This document shows, one piece after another, positions 10,153 to 20,084 of a stretch of 58,944 nucleotides of DNA. Source of the DNA: Candidatus Bathyarchaeota archaeon (GTDB taxonomy: Archaea; Thermoproteota; Bathyarchaeia; Bathyarchaeales; Bathyarchaeaceae). How positions within the stretch are numbered: position 1 is the first letter of the stretch; each line of letters opens with the position of its first letter. The stretch is taken from NCBI GenBank assembly GCA_037386545.1, contig JARRLY010000007.1, forward strand, positions 1 to 58,944, given 5' to 3'. Below the pieces are notes generated by a model that saw nothing but the letters and a program-made list of their open reading frames with translations, did no database searches and was not told the origin of the DNA. The position numbers and the translations under genes are program-made.

Positions 10153-10302
10153 GAATTATGTTTCAAAGTTCCTAAGCTCAACATTAATTAAATTTAGACC
10201 AAAAAACACAATCAAATAAGCAAAGCTTAAGAAAGAGTGTAACAAAAGGTAACAAACGAGCTGTGAAGCATCACCTGGCAACGGCTTCTAGCTCGAACAC
10301 AT

Positions 10303-10380
10303 AGCGGGGTGGGGTAGCCAGGTGAACCCGCTGGGCTCATAACCCAGAGATCGGTTGTTCAAATCAACTCCCCGCTACCA
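10303..10380 (+). tRNA. initiator tRNA-Met (CAT)
   Basis: Acceptor stem AGCGGGG/CCCCGCT (A1:U72), anticodon arm CTGGG-CTCATAA-CCCAG with three consecutive G:C pairs, T-loop TTCAAAT, encoded CCA, no intron. Confidence 0.96.
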
Positions 10381-10398
10381 ACTAACATTTTTGCCACT

Positions 10399-10764
10399 TT
10401 ATTGTTTCTTAGAAATATTTTTTGTAGCCACTACACTGACGCCTGAATCAAAAATATTTGGAACAATTTCATCTCCAATTTTCACAGGAGCTTCAACCTC
10501 AACTTTTGCGAGCGATTCCATAACGTCAAAAATTTTGCTTTTAGAAATTGGTTTGTTTGTCCGCACACTCACCAAAGCCAAATGACCGCGCTTTACTTTA
10601 ACTGTGGAAGTTAAGGTTCTTTCAGGGTTAGTGATTTCTTTTTGGGCGTAATCTAATCCGACTTTGCAACGATTTCCTTCAACGTTTTTTATTGTTTTTC
10701 CGTCACATTCCACAGTAAGGTAACAGCCCATAGGACATCCGATGCAAATCATTTCGGTTTTCAT
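10399..10764 (-). CDS. DUF1667 family metal-binding subunit
   Basis: CIGCPMGC...GNRC.VG motif, third gene of the operon. Confidence 0.85.
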   Translation of the reverse strand: MKTEMICIGCPMGCYLTVECDGKTIKNVEGNRCKVGLDYAQKEITNPERTLTSTVKVKRGHLALVSVRTNKPISKSKIFDVMESLAKVEVEAPVKIGDEIVPNIFDSGVSVVATKNISKKQ

Positions 10765-12026
10765 TTTTGTAACACCTCTACGCGTAACCCAGAAATATCC
10801 ATGGTTTCTGTTTTACTTAGTTTGACTTTAATCATCTGAGCAGGATGAACCTTTCTAAACTTTTTATTTTTAACCAACTTTTCACCATCAAAAAAGCCGA
10901 TTGAAGCATCCTCTTTGGGACATAACACCCGAAACAGCAACTCAACTTCCGAATTTTTGGAAATACTGTTGGGCAAAACATAGCACACTCCGTTACCTGC
11001 TTGCACATTGATTCTTTCTACTTGTTTTTGTTTTCTAAGAACGTGTTCAGCTGCACTTTTGCCTGCTTGTTCAGATTCTATGGTTACAAAGTCTACGACG
11101 TCGTGAACGTGTAAAACGTTTCCACATGCAAAAACTCCAGGAACAGTGGTTTCTAGGTTTTCGTTAACGATTGCGCCGCGGGTTAATGGGTTTAGTTGTA
11201 CACCACAAGTTGTTGATAGATCATTTTCTGGAATTAATCCAACAGACAAAAGAAGGGTGTCACACTCGATTGTTTTTTGAGTCCCTTTGATTGGTTTCAG
11301 TTTCTCATCAACTTTTGAGACTGTAACTGATTTTACCCTGTTTAAGCCATTAATTTCAGTAACCGTATGAGACAACATCAAAGGAATCCCATAATCAATC
11401 AGGCACTGCTGAAGATTTCGAGGCAGACCATTAGTATGAGACAAAATCTCAACCACCGCATGAACTTTAGCACCCTCCAAAGTAAGGCGGCGGGCCATAA
11501 TCAAACCGATGTCTCCAGAACCAAGAATAACTACATTTTTGCCCACCATCACATTCTTCAAGTTAATCAGGTTCTGAGCAACACCTGCAGTGTAAACTCC
11601 AGCAGGACGAGTTCCCGGAATACAAATTTGCCCACGGGTACGCTCACGGCAACCCATAGAAAGAATTACAGCTTTTGCGTTAAAACAAATCAAACCCTTA
11701 GGACTAGCAACAAACACCTGTTTTTGAGGAGAAATTTCCAGAACCATACAATTAAGCAAACAAGGAATCTGAAGCTCTTTTGCTTCATCGATGTATCGCT
11801 GAGCATACTCAGGACCAGTTAAGTGCTCTTTGAATATCTCAAGGCCAAAGCCGTCATGAATACACTGAGGGAGAATCCCCCCGAGCCAGTCATTGCGTTC
11901 AACAACAACCAAATCATTAATGCCATTCTTCTTAGCACTAATAGCAGCAGCAAGACCTGCAGGACCGCCACCAATTACAACCAAGTCTACGGCTCTAGAA
12001 TCAATCTTATTCATCTTTTGTGTCAT
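10761..12026 (-). CDS. FAD/NAD(P)-dependent oxidoreductase (HcnB-like subunit)
   Basis: GGGPAG, GGILPQCIHDGFG, MGCRER, GSGDIGLIMARR, ACGNVLHVHD. Confidence 0.88.
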   Translation of the reverse strand: MTQKMNKIDSRAVDLVVIGGGPAGLAAAISAKKNGINDLVVVERNDWLGGILPQCIHDGFGLEIFKEHLTGPEYAQRYIDEAKELQIPCLLNCMVLEISPQKQVFVASPKGLICFNAKAVILSMGCRERTRGQICIPGTRPAGVYTAGVAQNLINLKNVMVGKNVVILGSGDIGLIMARRLTLEGAKVHAVVEILSHTNGLPRNLQQCLIDYGIPLMLSHTVTEINGLNRVKSVTVSKVDEKLKPIKGTQKTIECDTLLLSVGLIPENDLSTTCGVQLNPLTRGAIVNENLETTVPGVFACGNVLHVHDVVDFVTIESEQAGKSAAEHVLRKQKQVERINVQAGNGVCYVLPNSISKNSEVELLFRVLCPKEDASIGFFDGEKLVKNKKFRKVHPAQMIKVKLSKTETMDISGLRVEVLQK

Positions 12027-13491
12027 TCCTTAGATCTTTGGTTTTACCGATAAACATTGTAGAATCCAAACTTTTCAGCTTGATTTCTTTTGCACTTAGT
12101 CCATACTCCTCTTTTAAAAGCTCCACTATTCTGGGCAAACAAAAACCGCCATGGCATCGACCCATTCCAGCTCGGGTTCGATATTTTACGGCAGCTAATG
12201 TTTTGTCGGAAATTGGGTTGTTCAAAGCATCCAAAACTTCACGTTTAGAAACGTGCTCACATCTGCAAACTATTTCACCGTAAGCGGGGTCTTTTTTGAT
12301 TAACTCTGCTTGTTCATCTCGTGAAACTTCACGGAAAGGAATTGTGCGTTTTCGTATTGGGTTAAAATCAGGGTCTGGTTTCAGACCAATTTTTTGTTTA
12401 ATCATCCCGACTACCATTTTTGCGATAGCAGGAGAAGACGTCAACCCAGGAGACTCCATTCCAATCAGGTTAATGAAGTTTTCAAGGTCTTCTTGAATAA
12501 TGAAATCACGAGAAGTTTTCTCTTCGGGGGGAGTAATTTTAGACCGTACTGCAGAAAAGCCATAAATTATTTCGTTAAGCGGAATTGAGGGCATCAAATC
12601 CTTAGCACCTTCAATTAGTTGTTGGGCTTTTTCTTTGGTTGTTCGGGTGTCTTCTCGTGAGTTAATGAATTCGGCGCTAGGTCCAATCAAAATATTTCCC
12701 GAAGGCGACGGTGTAAGATGAACTCCCAAAACTCCTGCCACTTTTGGAGGTACGGGGTATATCATACTGTTGATTAGACCCTTGCATTTTTTGTCAAGAA
12801 TCAGATACTCGCCTCGACACGGATACAACATATAATTATCTAAACCAACCATTGAAGAGATTTTATCAGCATAAAGACCTGCGCTATTTACAATAATGTC
12901 AGTGCAGAAGACTCCTTTGTTAGTTGTTACTTCAAAATGGTTGTTTAACTGGTTAATCCCCAAAACCTCAGTGTTAACATGAACCTTCACACCATTATTC
13001 AAGGCATTTTCAGCCAACGCAATAGCAAAAAGGTAAGGAGGAAAAATTCCGGCCACTGGAGAGTATAAAGCATAAAGACCATCCATTTTAGGTTCTCGTT
13101 TTTTGAGTTCTTCTCCTGAAACTATTGTTAAGCCTTTGACTCCGTTGCCTTCCCCTACTGCTTTTAGGTCTTCAAGGTCTTTGAGTTCTTCTTCGGTTCG
13201 GGCAACTACATGTTTTCCACACAAACTATAGGGAACATCAAGTTGTTTGGCCAACTCTGGAAACATAAGGCGACCTTCAACACACAATTTGGCTTTCAAA
13301 CTGCCTTTCGGGTAGTAAAGACCAGTGTGAAGAACCCCACTGTTACCTTTGCTAACACCACAAGCCACATCGGTCTCCTTCTCTAGGAGCACTGTTTTTA
13401 TTTTGAATTTTGCTAACTCTCTTGCGATTGCACAACCAATAACGCCAGCACCAATTATCAGCACATCACTTTTGTGATTCATAAGAGTCAT
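12007..13491 (-). CDS. GlpA/LhgO-like FAD oxidoreductase with C-terminal BFD-like [2Fe-2S] domain (glycerol-3-phosphate dehydrogenase-like)
   Basis: IIGAGVIG, SKGNSGVLH, SPGLTSSPA, CRCE...RAGMGRCHGGFC. Start taken at ATG 13491. Confidence 0.85.
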   Translation of the reverse strand: MTLMNHKSDVLIIGAGVIGCAIARELAKFKIKTVLLEKETDVACGVSKGNSGVLHTGLYYPKGSLKAKLCVEGRLMFPELAKQLDVPYSLCGKHVVARTEEELKDLEDLKAVGEGNGVKGLTIVSGEELKKREPKMDGLYALYSPVAGIFPPYLFAIALAENALNNGVKVHVNTEVLGINQLNNHFEVTTNKGVFCTDIIVNSAGLYADKISSMVGLDNYMLYPCRGEYLILDKKCKGLINSMIYPVPPKVAGVLGVHLTPSPSGNILIGPSAEFINSREDTRTTKEKAQQLIEGAKDLMPSIPLNEIIYGFSAVRSKITPPEEKTSRDFIIQEDLENFINLIGMESPGLTSSPAIAKMVVGMIKQKIGLKPDPDFNPIRKRTIPFREVSRDEQAELIKKDPAYGEIVCRCEHVSKREVLDALNNPISDKTLAAVKYRTRAGMGRCHGGFCLPRIVELLKEEYGLSAKEIKLKSLDSTMFIGKTKDLRNDTKDE

Positions 13492-13695
13492 CTCTATCCA
13501 ATGTCCAATGACAGAGGGAAAGATTGTGTGCGCTCCAATAAAAACTATTTCAAACAAGTATCAATTTATGATCGTACAACAACTAGAAAACAGCGAGTGA
13601 TCTCTTTCAAGAAATTTTTCATTTCATTGCAGCCATCAAAGGCCTTAATTACTTTTTAGTCAGTAGAAAAGCTTGATAACCTCATTCTAACTGAG

Positions 13696-14214
13696 ATGAA
13701 AACATTGAGTTACGAAGACAAATGGAAAACATTAGCAGATTTACTGATAGAAATCCAAAAAATGGGAGAAAAAATTCCATCAACAGTTATGAATGATTTA
13801 CGATCAGCAAAAACCATAATTCAAGTTCTGAAACGAGACCCAACTCACATGGAAAGCCTCGCTAGAGCCGAAGTTTATATAAAAAATGTTGAAGCATACG
13901 CAATTTCTGTTGTAGAAAAAAATAATCCAGAAATAGTTCAGGATTGGTTAAAAAGAATAAATCAACCCAAAACAAAAGATCGCAAAAAAACAAAGAATCC
14001 TGTACTTCCAAAAACTTCTAAAGATAAAAAGTGGATGCGAATAAAACAGACAGATGAACTTTCGTTGGAAACTGTACAAAACCTTTCAAAAAACTTTGAT
14101 GTGTCAATTAAGGTCGAAGAAAACGGTGATATTCTTGTTTTTGGAGACGAAAAAGATCTGAAGAGCATAGTTAAGAATGTGACAAAACAGTTTGAGAGGA
14201 TCAGAAATGGTTAA
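13696..14214 (+). CDS. DUF2096-like protein
   Basis: W.TL..LL.E....G..IP..V..DLR.AK..I pattern. Confidence 0.6.
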   Translation: MKTLSYEDKWKTLADLLIEIQKMGEKIPSTVMNDLRSAKTIIQVLKRDPTHMESLARAEVYIKNVEAYAISVVEKNNPEIVQDWLKRINQPKTKDRKKTKNPVLPKTSKDKKWMRIKQTDELSLETVQNLSKNFDVSIKVEENGDILVFGDEKDLKSIVKNVTKQFERIRNG

Positions 14215-14355
14215 ACTGGTTGTCTAAACTTTTGTATCAGTTAGTTTAAACATATTCTCTAAACATAGCTTATTTATAGAAGGTATTACAGAGAACCTGT
14301 GAATTAACAGGGTACATCCCGTATATGCTAAAAACCGAGGGCGAACTATAGAAAG

Positions 14356-17300
14356 ATGCCTTACATCAAGAAAATCGAGCTCAAAGGCTTCAAGTCCTTC
14401 GGTCCGAAAACTGCAACTGTTACATTTGACAAAGGTTTCACTGCTATAACGGGACCGAACGGAAGTGGAAAAACAAACATTGCAGACGCAGTTCTGTTTG
14501 GGTTAGGGGAACTCAGCGCTAGAAGAATGCGGGCTGCAAGTCTTTCTAAATTAGTTTATCATGGGTACCCTGACTTGAATATTAAAAAAGCAAAAAGTGC
14601 AAAAGTTGTTATACAGTTTGACAACTCAGACGGCAGATTACCGGTAGATACTCAAACAGTAACAATTTCGCGGGAACTAAACAGGTCAGGTCAAAGCCTT
14701 TATCGCCTCAACGGAAGAAGAATATCACGAACTCACATAATCAACATTTTATCAATGGCTGGAATTAGTCCCACAGGCCATAACGTCGTTTTGCAAGGAA
14801 TCATTGCCCGAATCGCTGAAATTTCTGCAGTAGACCGCAGAAAAATGATAGCTGACTTAGTAGGAATCGCCCAGTATGATGCAGAAAAAGCAGAAGCAGA
14901 AGACAAACTGCGGGCAGCAGAAATTTCCCTCAGAACAGCCATGGGTAGAATAGATGAAGTCCAACAAAGAGTTGACAACCTGGAACGCGAACGGAACGAA
15001 CTGCTTCGTTACATGTTTTTGCAAAAAGAAATCAAACGATTTGAAGCTGTCAAGATTTTTGGAGACATAATGGAAGTTCAAAAGAAAATAAATGAAGTAA
15101 GTTCCAAAATCGAATCAGTTCGAAGTAAGGTAGAAGATTCACGGGAATTACGAGATAAACTTAGATCTCAAAAGTATGATGTTGAGTCCGAATGGAGAAA
15201 ACTTGGCTCAGAAATGATTGAGCAAAGAGGAACTCGACTTCTCGAAGTTCAATACAAAATTGGTGAAGCACGCTCAAGAATAAGCGAATTGTCAACAAAA
15301 ATTGGTGCTGCGACAGCAAGTATTGATGGCCTCAAAAAAGTCATGGAAAGAAACAAAGAAAAACTTGACTCCATGAAAAGCGAAGTAACAGATAACAGAA
15401 GTGAAATTAGAAAACTCAAACGGGAAAGAGAAAAATTCCTGAAAGAAATTGCAGAAAAACAAGCTCAATACGATGAAATTTCAAATGAAGCATCCAAACT
15501 TCGGGAAAGTTTGGGAGAAAACAACAAAAGCATACGAGAAATTGAAGAAAAATTGCAAAATTACACTCAAGAAATCATTAATCGCCGCAGCGACGTTATC
15601 AAAAGCCGAACATCATTGAAGGTTCTTACTAGACAATTAAATGATTTGATAAAACGAAAGGCAACCTTTGAATCCAACCTTGACATGCTCAAAAAATCAT
15701 TTGCAGACCTAAAAGCAGTGAAAAAAGACCAAACAAACCAAACCAAAAATTTTGAAAAAACTTTAGAAAGAAGATTCAAGCAACATGAAGCCACAAAAGT
15801 TGAGATTGCTCAAGCAGAAAAAATTGCTGAATCTGCTCGTGAAGCTGTAGTAGAGTTTGCAGCCCAAAGAAAAATGGCAGAAAAAGTCGCAACTGAAGAA
15901 ACCGCCCTAAGAAATATTGAAGAACTTGCGGATTTAGGGGCAATCAAGGGAGTTTATGGGCGACTAAAAAAACTGATTAGAGTTGAAAAAGGATATAAAC
16001 GTGCAATACAAGCAACTGCAGCAGGATGGATGGATGCGATTGTCGTCCAAAACTATGACGCAGCATTCACATGCGCAGAAACCCTAAAACGCATGAAACT
16101 TGGTCGAATTAAAATAATTCCCCTTGAAGAAATGGAACAGATCAATTCTATTAATACTCCAAGATTCAGAGGGATTGAAGGAACTGCTGCTAATTTTGTT
16201 CAAAGTGCAAAAAGGTACAAGCCAGCAGTAAGGTTTGTTTTTGGAGACACTCTTGTAGCAAATGATCAAAAAATTGCTTTTGCTGCTTCACGGAACGGCA
16301 ACAGAACAGTAACAAAAAAAGGGGACCTGTACGAGCCCCAAGGTGGATTTGAAAGTGGATATTACCGCGCTCCGGTCGATTATTCATCGATTATCCCTAG
16401 CAAGAATGCAGTGAAAAGTCTTGACGAGGCTGTTGCAGCCCTTAAATTACATTTATCAAAACGAGAAAGTGACATTAACAATTTCGAAGAAGAAATTGAA
16501 ACTATCCGCAAAGAAATGACTAGTTTGGCTGAGACCATTGTCACCCTTGATGGAGAAATTGGAAGAGTACGTCAAAATGTCAAAAGCACTCGACATAATG
16601 TCAGACTTATAGAAAAACATCTAGAAAGAATTAAAGAGAAAAGAGAAGAGGAAAAAAGTCAACTAGGAGATTTGCGGTTAGAACGCAACCAGCTTGATAG
16701 AGAAATGAAAAACCTCCATGAAAGATTAAATGAGTTGCGTCAAAAAACTGATACATCCCAAATTCAAGAGATGGAAATTCAACGAAGAAAAATTGGAGAA
16801 GAACTGATTACGTCCCGTCAACAAATGGGTAGCATAGAAACTAAACTGGCAACTCTTGACTCCACGTTTGGTAACGTTCTCAAAGTTGGTGCAGATAACA
16901 TTCGAATCCAGCAACGCAAACTAAAACATCAAATTGTCACAGTTGAGAACGAAGTTGATGCTGCAATTAAAGAAAAAATGGCTCTGGAAAAAGAAGTAGA
17001 TGAATTAGAAAAATCCAAAGAAGAACTCTCTCGAACAGTTCTGAACGCAAAAGAAGAATCTAAAAAATACACAGTTCAATTGGACGATTTGGATAAAAAA
17101 CTACGAGAATTAGATTCAATTTATGAAAGGTCAGATAGACTTTACAATGAATTGCAGTTTAGTCTTCAATCAAATAAAATGAAATTAGAACAATACAATG
17201 TTCGATTGTCTGAACTAGGATATGATGAACCGCTGACAATTTCTCAAAAGCAACTAGAAACTGCAGAAAAATCTCTCAAACAATTACGCTTGGAATTAAG

Positions 17301-17907
17301 TCGACTAGGTGCAGTAAATCAATTATCTCTTGATCATTATGCTGAACAAGCTTCACGATACAAAGAATTGTCTGTGCGTATGAATGAACTCGAAAAAGAG
17401 AAACAGTCAATTCTAGCGTTCATGGAAGAAATCGAAAAGAAAAAACGAAAAGTGTTCATGGAAGCTTTCGAAAAAATTGACAACAGCTTCCGAAAATATT
17501 TTGGAAAACTAACAGGAGGTGGAGAAGCATCTCTTGTGCTTGAAAACCCAGAAGACCCCTTCTCTGGAGGAATGGACATGCAAGTCCAGTTTAGAAACAA
17601 AGCATCTATCCTTGTCAGTGGAGCCAGCAGTGGAGAAAGGTCAGTTTCTGCAGTCGCATTTATTTTTGCCCTTCAAGACTTTATGCCTACGGCGTTTTAT
17701 GTGTTTGACGAAATTGATGCTCACCTTGACGCTTTTCACGTTTCAAGATTAGGCGACCTTTTTGTTGAACTGGCTGATAAGTCCCAGTTCGTAGCGATTA
17801 CTTTAAAACCAGAAATGGTAAGTAAAGCAAAGAAAGTCTGGGGAATTTATGAACGCAGTGGTTACTCTCATGTAGTTTCAGCTAAAATTAAAGAGGTGAC
17901 AGCTTGA
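14356..17907 (+). CDS. smc: chromosome segregation protein SMC
   Basis: GFKSF, Walker A GPNGSGKTN, long coiled coils, hinge GVYG, Walker B FDEIDAHLD. Confidence 0.96.
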   Translation: MPYIKKIELKGFKSFGPKTATVTFDKGFTAITGPNGSGKTNIADAVLFGLGELSARRMRAASLSKLVYHGYPDLNIKKAKSAKVVIQFDNSDGRLPVDTQTVTISRELNRSGQSLYRLNGRRISRTHIINILSMAGISPTGHNVVLQGIIARIAEISAVDRRKMIADLVGIAQYDAEKAEAEDKLRAAEISLRTAMGRIDEVQQRVDNLERERNELLRYMFLQKEIKRFEAVKIFGDIMEVQKKINEVSSKIESVRSKVEDSRELRDKLRSQKYDVESEWRKLGSEMIEQRGTRLLEVQYKIGEARSRISELSTKIGAATASIDGLKKVMERNKEKLDSMKSEVTDNRSEIRKLKREREKFLKEIAEKQAQYDEISNEASKLRESLGENNKSIREIEEKLQNYTQEIINRRSDVIKSRTSLKVLTRQLNDLIKRKATFESNLDMLKKSFADLKAVKKDQTNQTKNFEKTLERRFKQHEATKVEIAQAEKIAESAREAVVEFAAQRKMAEKVATEETALRNIEELADLGAIKGVYGRLKKLIRVEKGYKRAIQATAAGWMDAIVVQNYDAAFTCAETLKRMKLGRIKIIPLEEMEQINSINTPRFRGIEGTAANFVQSAKRYKPAVRFVFGDTLVANDQKIAFAASRNGNRTVTKKGDLYEPQGGFESGYYRAPVDYSSIIPSKNAVKSLDEAVAALKLHLSKRESDINNFEEEIETIRKEMTSLAETIVTLDGEIGRVRQNVKSTRHNVRLIEKHLERIKEKREEEKSQLGDLRLERNQLDREMKNLHERLNELRQKTDTSQIQEMEIQRRKIGEELITSRQQMGSIETKLATLDSTFGNVLKVGADNIRIQQRKLKHQIVTVENEVDAAIKEKMALEKEVDELEKSKEELSRTVLNAKEESKKYTVQLDDLDKKLRELDSIYERSDRLYNELQFSLQSNKMKLEQYNVRLSELGYDEPLTISQKQLETAEKSLKQLRLELSRLGAVNQLSLDHYAEQASRYKELSVRMNELEKEKQSILAFMEEIEKKKRKVFMEAFEKIDNSFRKYFGKLTGGGEASLVLENPEDPFSGGMDMQVQFRNKASILVSGASSGERSVSAVAFIFALQDFMPTAFYVFDEIDAHLDAFHVSRLGDLFVELADKSQFVAITLKPEMVSKAKKVWGIYERSGYSHVVSAKIKEVTA

Positions 17908-18600
17908 ATGGTTCAAAAAATGAAAAAACCCTTCTATTTTCAGCCACCATTGAATATTCTCTTTGAGATTCATAGACTAGAAAAAGTATTACCATGGGAC
18001 GTTAACATTTCTTATCTTCTTAACATGTTTTTGGATGAAATGGAAGAATTCGGAGAGGTAGACTTCAGAGCCTCAGGAATGGCGTTAGACTCATCGAGTA
18101 CCATTTACCTCAAAAAAACCAAACTACTACTGAAACTGGAAGAACCGCCTCAACCCCCAAAAAACATGCCCGAATTTATTCCACCTCCAATGTTCTTACC
18201 CCTACGTTACGAATTATCCTCAACAACCGTAGACAATCTGCTCAACGTGCTAGATGAAGTGTTAAAAGGTGAAAGCGTACGCCCACCAAAACTACCCGAA
18301 CCAATATTGCCTACTCCAGAAATTATGCCGCCCCTAGACATGTATTTACTCCAAATCGAAGACCACATGAAAACATTGTATGAACAACTCTGTCAACTTG
18401 TAGGCACTGGAGAACTGATATCATTGTCTAAGCTCACCATGGGATTGGAAAGGATTGAAGTAGTAAAAACATTCATCATTCTGCTGTTTCTTGCACAACG
18501 AGGAAAAGTAGGCCTGTGGCAAGAAGAAGAAATTGAAGAACTTTACATAACGGTGATAGGAGATCCAGTACTTGACGAAAAACGAACCGAACCTGTCTGA
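17908..18600 (+). CDS. scpA: kleisin ScpA
   Basis: PWDVNI, DFRASG, C-terminal FIILLFLA..GKV.L.QEE; directly after smc. Confidence 0.85.
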   Translation: MVQKMKKPFYFQPPLNILFEIHRLEKVLPWDVNISYLLNMFLDEMEEFGEVDFRASGMALDSSSTIYLKKTKLLLKLEEPPQPPKNMPEFIPPPMFLPLRYELSSTTVDNLLNVLDEVLKGESVRPPKLPEPILPTPEIMPPLDMYLLQIEDHMKTLYEQLCQLVGTGELISLSKLTMGLERIEVVKTFIILLFLAQRGKVGLWQEEEIEELYITVIGDPVLDEKRTEPV

Positions 18601-19171
18601 GGAAGAAAAACAAAAAAACAAACAAGAAAAAATCAAGCATCAACTGGCGTTAATGGAATCGGCACTGTATGTATCGGGCAGACCACTTGAGTTAAAAACA
18701 TTAGCCAGCGTAGTAGGGACTCGTTCAAAGAAAATGATTCGAAAACTCGCCAAAAGACTAGTTGAACAATATTCAAACCGTGAAACAGCCATTGAAATCC
18801 TAGAAGTAGAAGGCGAACGCTTTGTTATGCAACTAAAACCAGACTACACAAAAAAAGTTAGAAAACTAGCTACAAGACCACTTTTATCTGCAGGGCCACT
18901 GAAAACTTTGTCGTATATTGCATTTAGGCAACCAGTATTTCAAACTCAAGTTGTAGACGTTAGAGGACACCATTCATATGGTCACCTCAAACAGCTAGAA
19001 GAAATGGACCTAATAATCCGAGAAGGTACAGGAAAAAAACGGACAATCAAAACAACACAGTTTTTTGCAGACTTTTTCGGGTTAAGTCACGACCTGCGCG
19101 CCATGAAACGACAACTAAAAACAATATTCAAAGATTTAGAAAAGCCAAAACCAGAAGAAAAAAAGCAATAA
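18572..19171 (+). CDS. scpB: ScpB
   Basis: ESALYVSGRPL, LKTLSYIAFRQP, TTQFFADFFG. Confidence 0.92.
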   Translation: MTKNEPNLSEEEKQKNKQEKIKHQLALMESALYVSGRPLELKTLASVVGTRSKKMIRKLAKRLVEQYSNRETAIEILEVEGERFVMQLKPDYTKKVRKLATRPLLSAGPLKTLSYIAFRQPVFQTQVVDVRGHHSYGHLKQLEEMDLIIREGTGKKRTIKTTQFFADFFGLSHDLRAMKRQLKTIFKDLEKPKPEEKKQ

Positions 19172-19245
19172 CAACCTCAGAAATAAAAGATAAGCTTATA
19201 TGTCAAGTTTTGGTAGACTGAACAGACCTATGAGATGATGTAAGC

Positions 19246-19473
19246 TTGTCAGTATGGCATGAGATCAACATAAACACAAAGCTACTGGCGGAAAAACAAA
19301 AAGTAAAGATTGATCGTGTAATCAAAAACCCAGCCAACGTAGACTATGACAGGCGAGGAGTAATCACAAAAGGAACAATGATTGCGACATCATTGGGAAC
19401 AGCAAGAGTAACCTCACGACCAGGACAAGACGGCAAAGTTAACGCTGTTCTAGTAGACAAAAAAGCAGATTAA
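19246..19473 (+). pseudogene. rps8e: 30S ribosomal protein S8e (eS8), internally deleted as assembled
   Basis: C-terminal [16 protein letters not shown]...[18 protein letters not shown] is eS8. N-terminal [11 protein letters not shown] is in another frame and the middle of the protein is absent. Confidence 0.85.
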
Positions 19474-19482
19474 AAAGCCGTT

Positions 19483-19713
19483 CTATCGCAGTGAGATAGA
19501 AAGCTCTTTAGCTACTTTTTTAATAATTTGAGTTTTTGATTCAGTTTTAGGGAGGACAAGAAAACCAGTTTTCCTCCATGGGGAACTGGGATGAGCAGCT
19601 TCAAAATTTACTTCAGGCTGTAAACCTAATCGTTTTGCAGCTCTTTGAAGTTGTTCAATTTTTGGCGAAGAAACAGCCAAATTCTTGGAAACCTTTCGGC
19701 CACCCTTTCTAGT
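19483..19713 (-). pseudogene. srp19: SRP19, N-terminus missing as assembled
   Basis: TRKGGRKVSKNLAVSSP...LGL...HP..PW..TG is SRP19-like. There is no start codon and no IWPxY motif upstream in frame. Confidence 0.8.
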
Positions 19714-19822
19714 TTGTTTTTGAAACTTTTTTGACTTATTAAAGTATATTATATGAATGTTGATGCCTTAATATGTAGAATTTCTTAATTTTTTTGCATA
19801 AGTTTTGTGAGGGGATTAGGGA

Positions 19823-20084
19823 TTGCAAAGAATCGGTGACGTCCTTCACGTAAGTAATTCTAAGAACTTAATTCTTAAAGCCAAAAATATTCCCCGAATT
19901 GGCGATAAAGTGATAAATGAAAAACTCAAGGCAATCGGTAATGTTTTTGATGTCTTTGGTCCTACATCTTCCCCTTATGTCGCTGTAAAACCACACACAC
20001 AAAATCCAGAACAACTAGTAAACCAAATTTTGTATTCAACTCATTCAAAAGGCAAAAGAAAAACAAGAAGGAACAGGAAAAAAA
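19823..20084 (+). CDS. gar1: H/ACA RNP component Gar1/Naf1 (stop apparently lost; ORF reads on to 20209)
   Basis: [20 protein letters not shown], basic tail, conserved position upstream of tfb. Confidence 0.85.

Noticed and set aside
10380..13557. Integrated element at the tRNA-iMet 3' end
   Set aside because: No integrase and no duplicated tRNA 3' end were seen in the window.
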